This document shows, in pieces, positions 45,379-46,457 of a stretch of DNA of 46,457 nt; within the stretch, counting starts at the first letter, position 1; each line of letters begins with the position of its first letter. The notes under the pieces were generated by a model. The model did no database searches. It worked only from the letters and a program-made list of their open reading frames with translations, and was not told where the DNA came from. The DNA is taken from positions 1 to 46,457 of IMG/VR virus record IMGVR_UViG_3300044453_000128. One strand, given 5' to 3'. The translations under genes and the position numbers were made by a program. This stretch comes from a virus. Its lineage: Duplodnaviria; Caudoviricetes.

Positions 45379-46034
45379 GCTTTCACCACTGCTTTCACGG
45401 CAGCAATAAAGGCCGACCGCTTTTCGTCTGCGATGTTGTGCCAGTCTGGGATTTCTTTTTTACCAAACTCGAGGCCGTATTCACGGCAGAGCGAAAGATA
45501 TTTTTCCTTGTCTTGCTTATAAAGCGCCTGGGCAAATTGGTTATCTGTCTCTGGTGGCTTAGTGGAATTATTCTTTTTGGCCGCTTGTTGGCTCGCCTGG
45601 CGCTTGGCGTTCTCAAAGTTATCACGGCCTGATGTGGGGGCGCTTGCCTCGCCGTCGTCTTCATCGCCGGCTGCAATGCCACACAAAGAAGACAAGGTGT
45701 ATCGCTTGGCGTAGGTGATTTCGCTTCCGACATGCTGAGCGCTGAAACTCTTTGGCGTTAATGACAGCGATGTCTCATACCATTGACCGCTACTGTGAGA
45801 TAGGCGAGTATAAACCGTGACACTTTTGCTTTCAAAGTCGGTATCTGTGCCCTGGATGAATGAAATGCCGCTTGAACTCAATGGGCCTTGAATTGCTTTA
45901 ATAACCGAATTGAGCGTGGCGTAACGGCTGCGCAGGTGTGGGTTGACCCCATCTAACTCTGCGGAACCCATTTGCGCCTGGGCCTTTGCAAGCGCCGCGG
46001 CGATCTCATTTGTCTCTGGTGATGTGGTAAGCAT
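45375..46034 (-). CDS. erf: ERF-family single-strand annealing protein
   Basis: AALAKAQ...NPHLRSRYATL...GSEITYAKRYTLSSLCGIA..EDDG. Confidence 0.92.
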   Translation of the reverse strand: MLTTSPETNEIAAALAKAQAQMGSAELDGVNPHLRSRYATLNSVIKAIQGPLSSSGISFIQGTDTDFESKSVTVYTRLSHSSGQWYETSLSLTPKSFSAQHVGSEITYAKRYTLSSLCGIAAGDEDDGEASAPTSGRDNFENAKRQASQQAAKKNNSTKPPETDNQFAQALYKQDKEKYLSLCREYGLEFGKKEIPDWHNIADEKRSAFIAAVKAVVKA

Positions 46035-46108
46035 TGTCTTCTTTTTGTGCGATGGTTTACGAATCGTGGATTGATGGGGTAAAGTTTCTGCTTTGTCCTG
46101 TTGTCTTG

Positions 46109-46309
46109 TCAGTCTTCGGGCAAAATGCCCCTTTTAAGTGTTTCTATGTGCCAGAAGGCTCGCTTTCCTACAAATCGGCATGATTTCTTGGGAAACAACG
46201 GGTGCTCTGGACCGTTATTTTTGATATTCATTGCCTGGCGATGCATCATTGATGGTGAGAAGCCCATCTCTCTGGCTGCTTCTGGATTGGTCATCCATTG
46301 TTTCTTCAT
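46109..46309 (-). CDS. Small Xis/AlpA-like HTH protein
   Basis: GGAG RBS, ATG 46309; WMTNPEAAREMGFSPS...FP.....VGKRAFW pattern; first gene of the early operon. Confidence 0.6.
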   Translation of the reverse strand: MKKQWMTNPEAAREMGFSPSMMHRQAMNIKNNGPEHPLFPKKSCRFVGKRAFWHIETLKRGILPED

Positions 46310-46327
46310 GTCTAAACTCCAATTAGC

Positions 46328-46457
46328 GACATCTGTCTTTACAAGAAGGTTCTTGCTATCTCGCTTCACAGTATATAAACAAAGATTCAGAATGAGGAAT
46401 GGCTGGTAAAGCAGCCGTGAGGTATGCATGCAAGTTAAGTTTTTCCCAGAGTTTACC
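46328..46457. repeat. Terminal direct repeat, right copy
   Basis: Matches 1-130 with one mismatch. Confidence 0.95.

Overview
This window looks like a complete, circularly permuted temperate phage genome of about 46.3 kb. Positions 1-130 recur at 46328-46457 and the predicted attP is intact. The virion is podovirus-like: TerS/TerL, portal, scaffold, major capsid, adaptor and nozzle, fibre proteins, ejection proteins and a 2355-aa polyvalent protein, with no tape measure or sheath. The early minus-strand operon carries Xis-like, ERF, PD-(D/E)XK nuclease, RusA, a DUF1376-type initiator with 45-bp repeats, and SSB genes. The plus-strand lysogeny module holds a CI-like repressor, four membrane cargo genes and a large serine integrase, followed by a truncated IS3. 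Two accessory-gene systems stand out. (1) An integron-type array of five attC-like sites and four cassettes (36107-38480) with no integron integrase in the genome; two cassettes hold genes inverted relative to attC so that they read with the phage early operon, one being a phage-type, apparently two-frame C5 methyltransferase. (2) An array downstream of cI in which each cargo block is headed by a copy of the repressor gene's 3' end; the near-identical copy differs at protein level only at the predicted catalytic Lys. All family assignments come from motif recognition by eye, not database searches.
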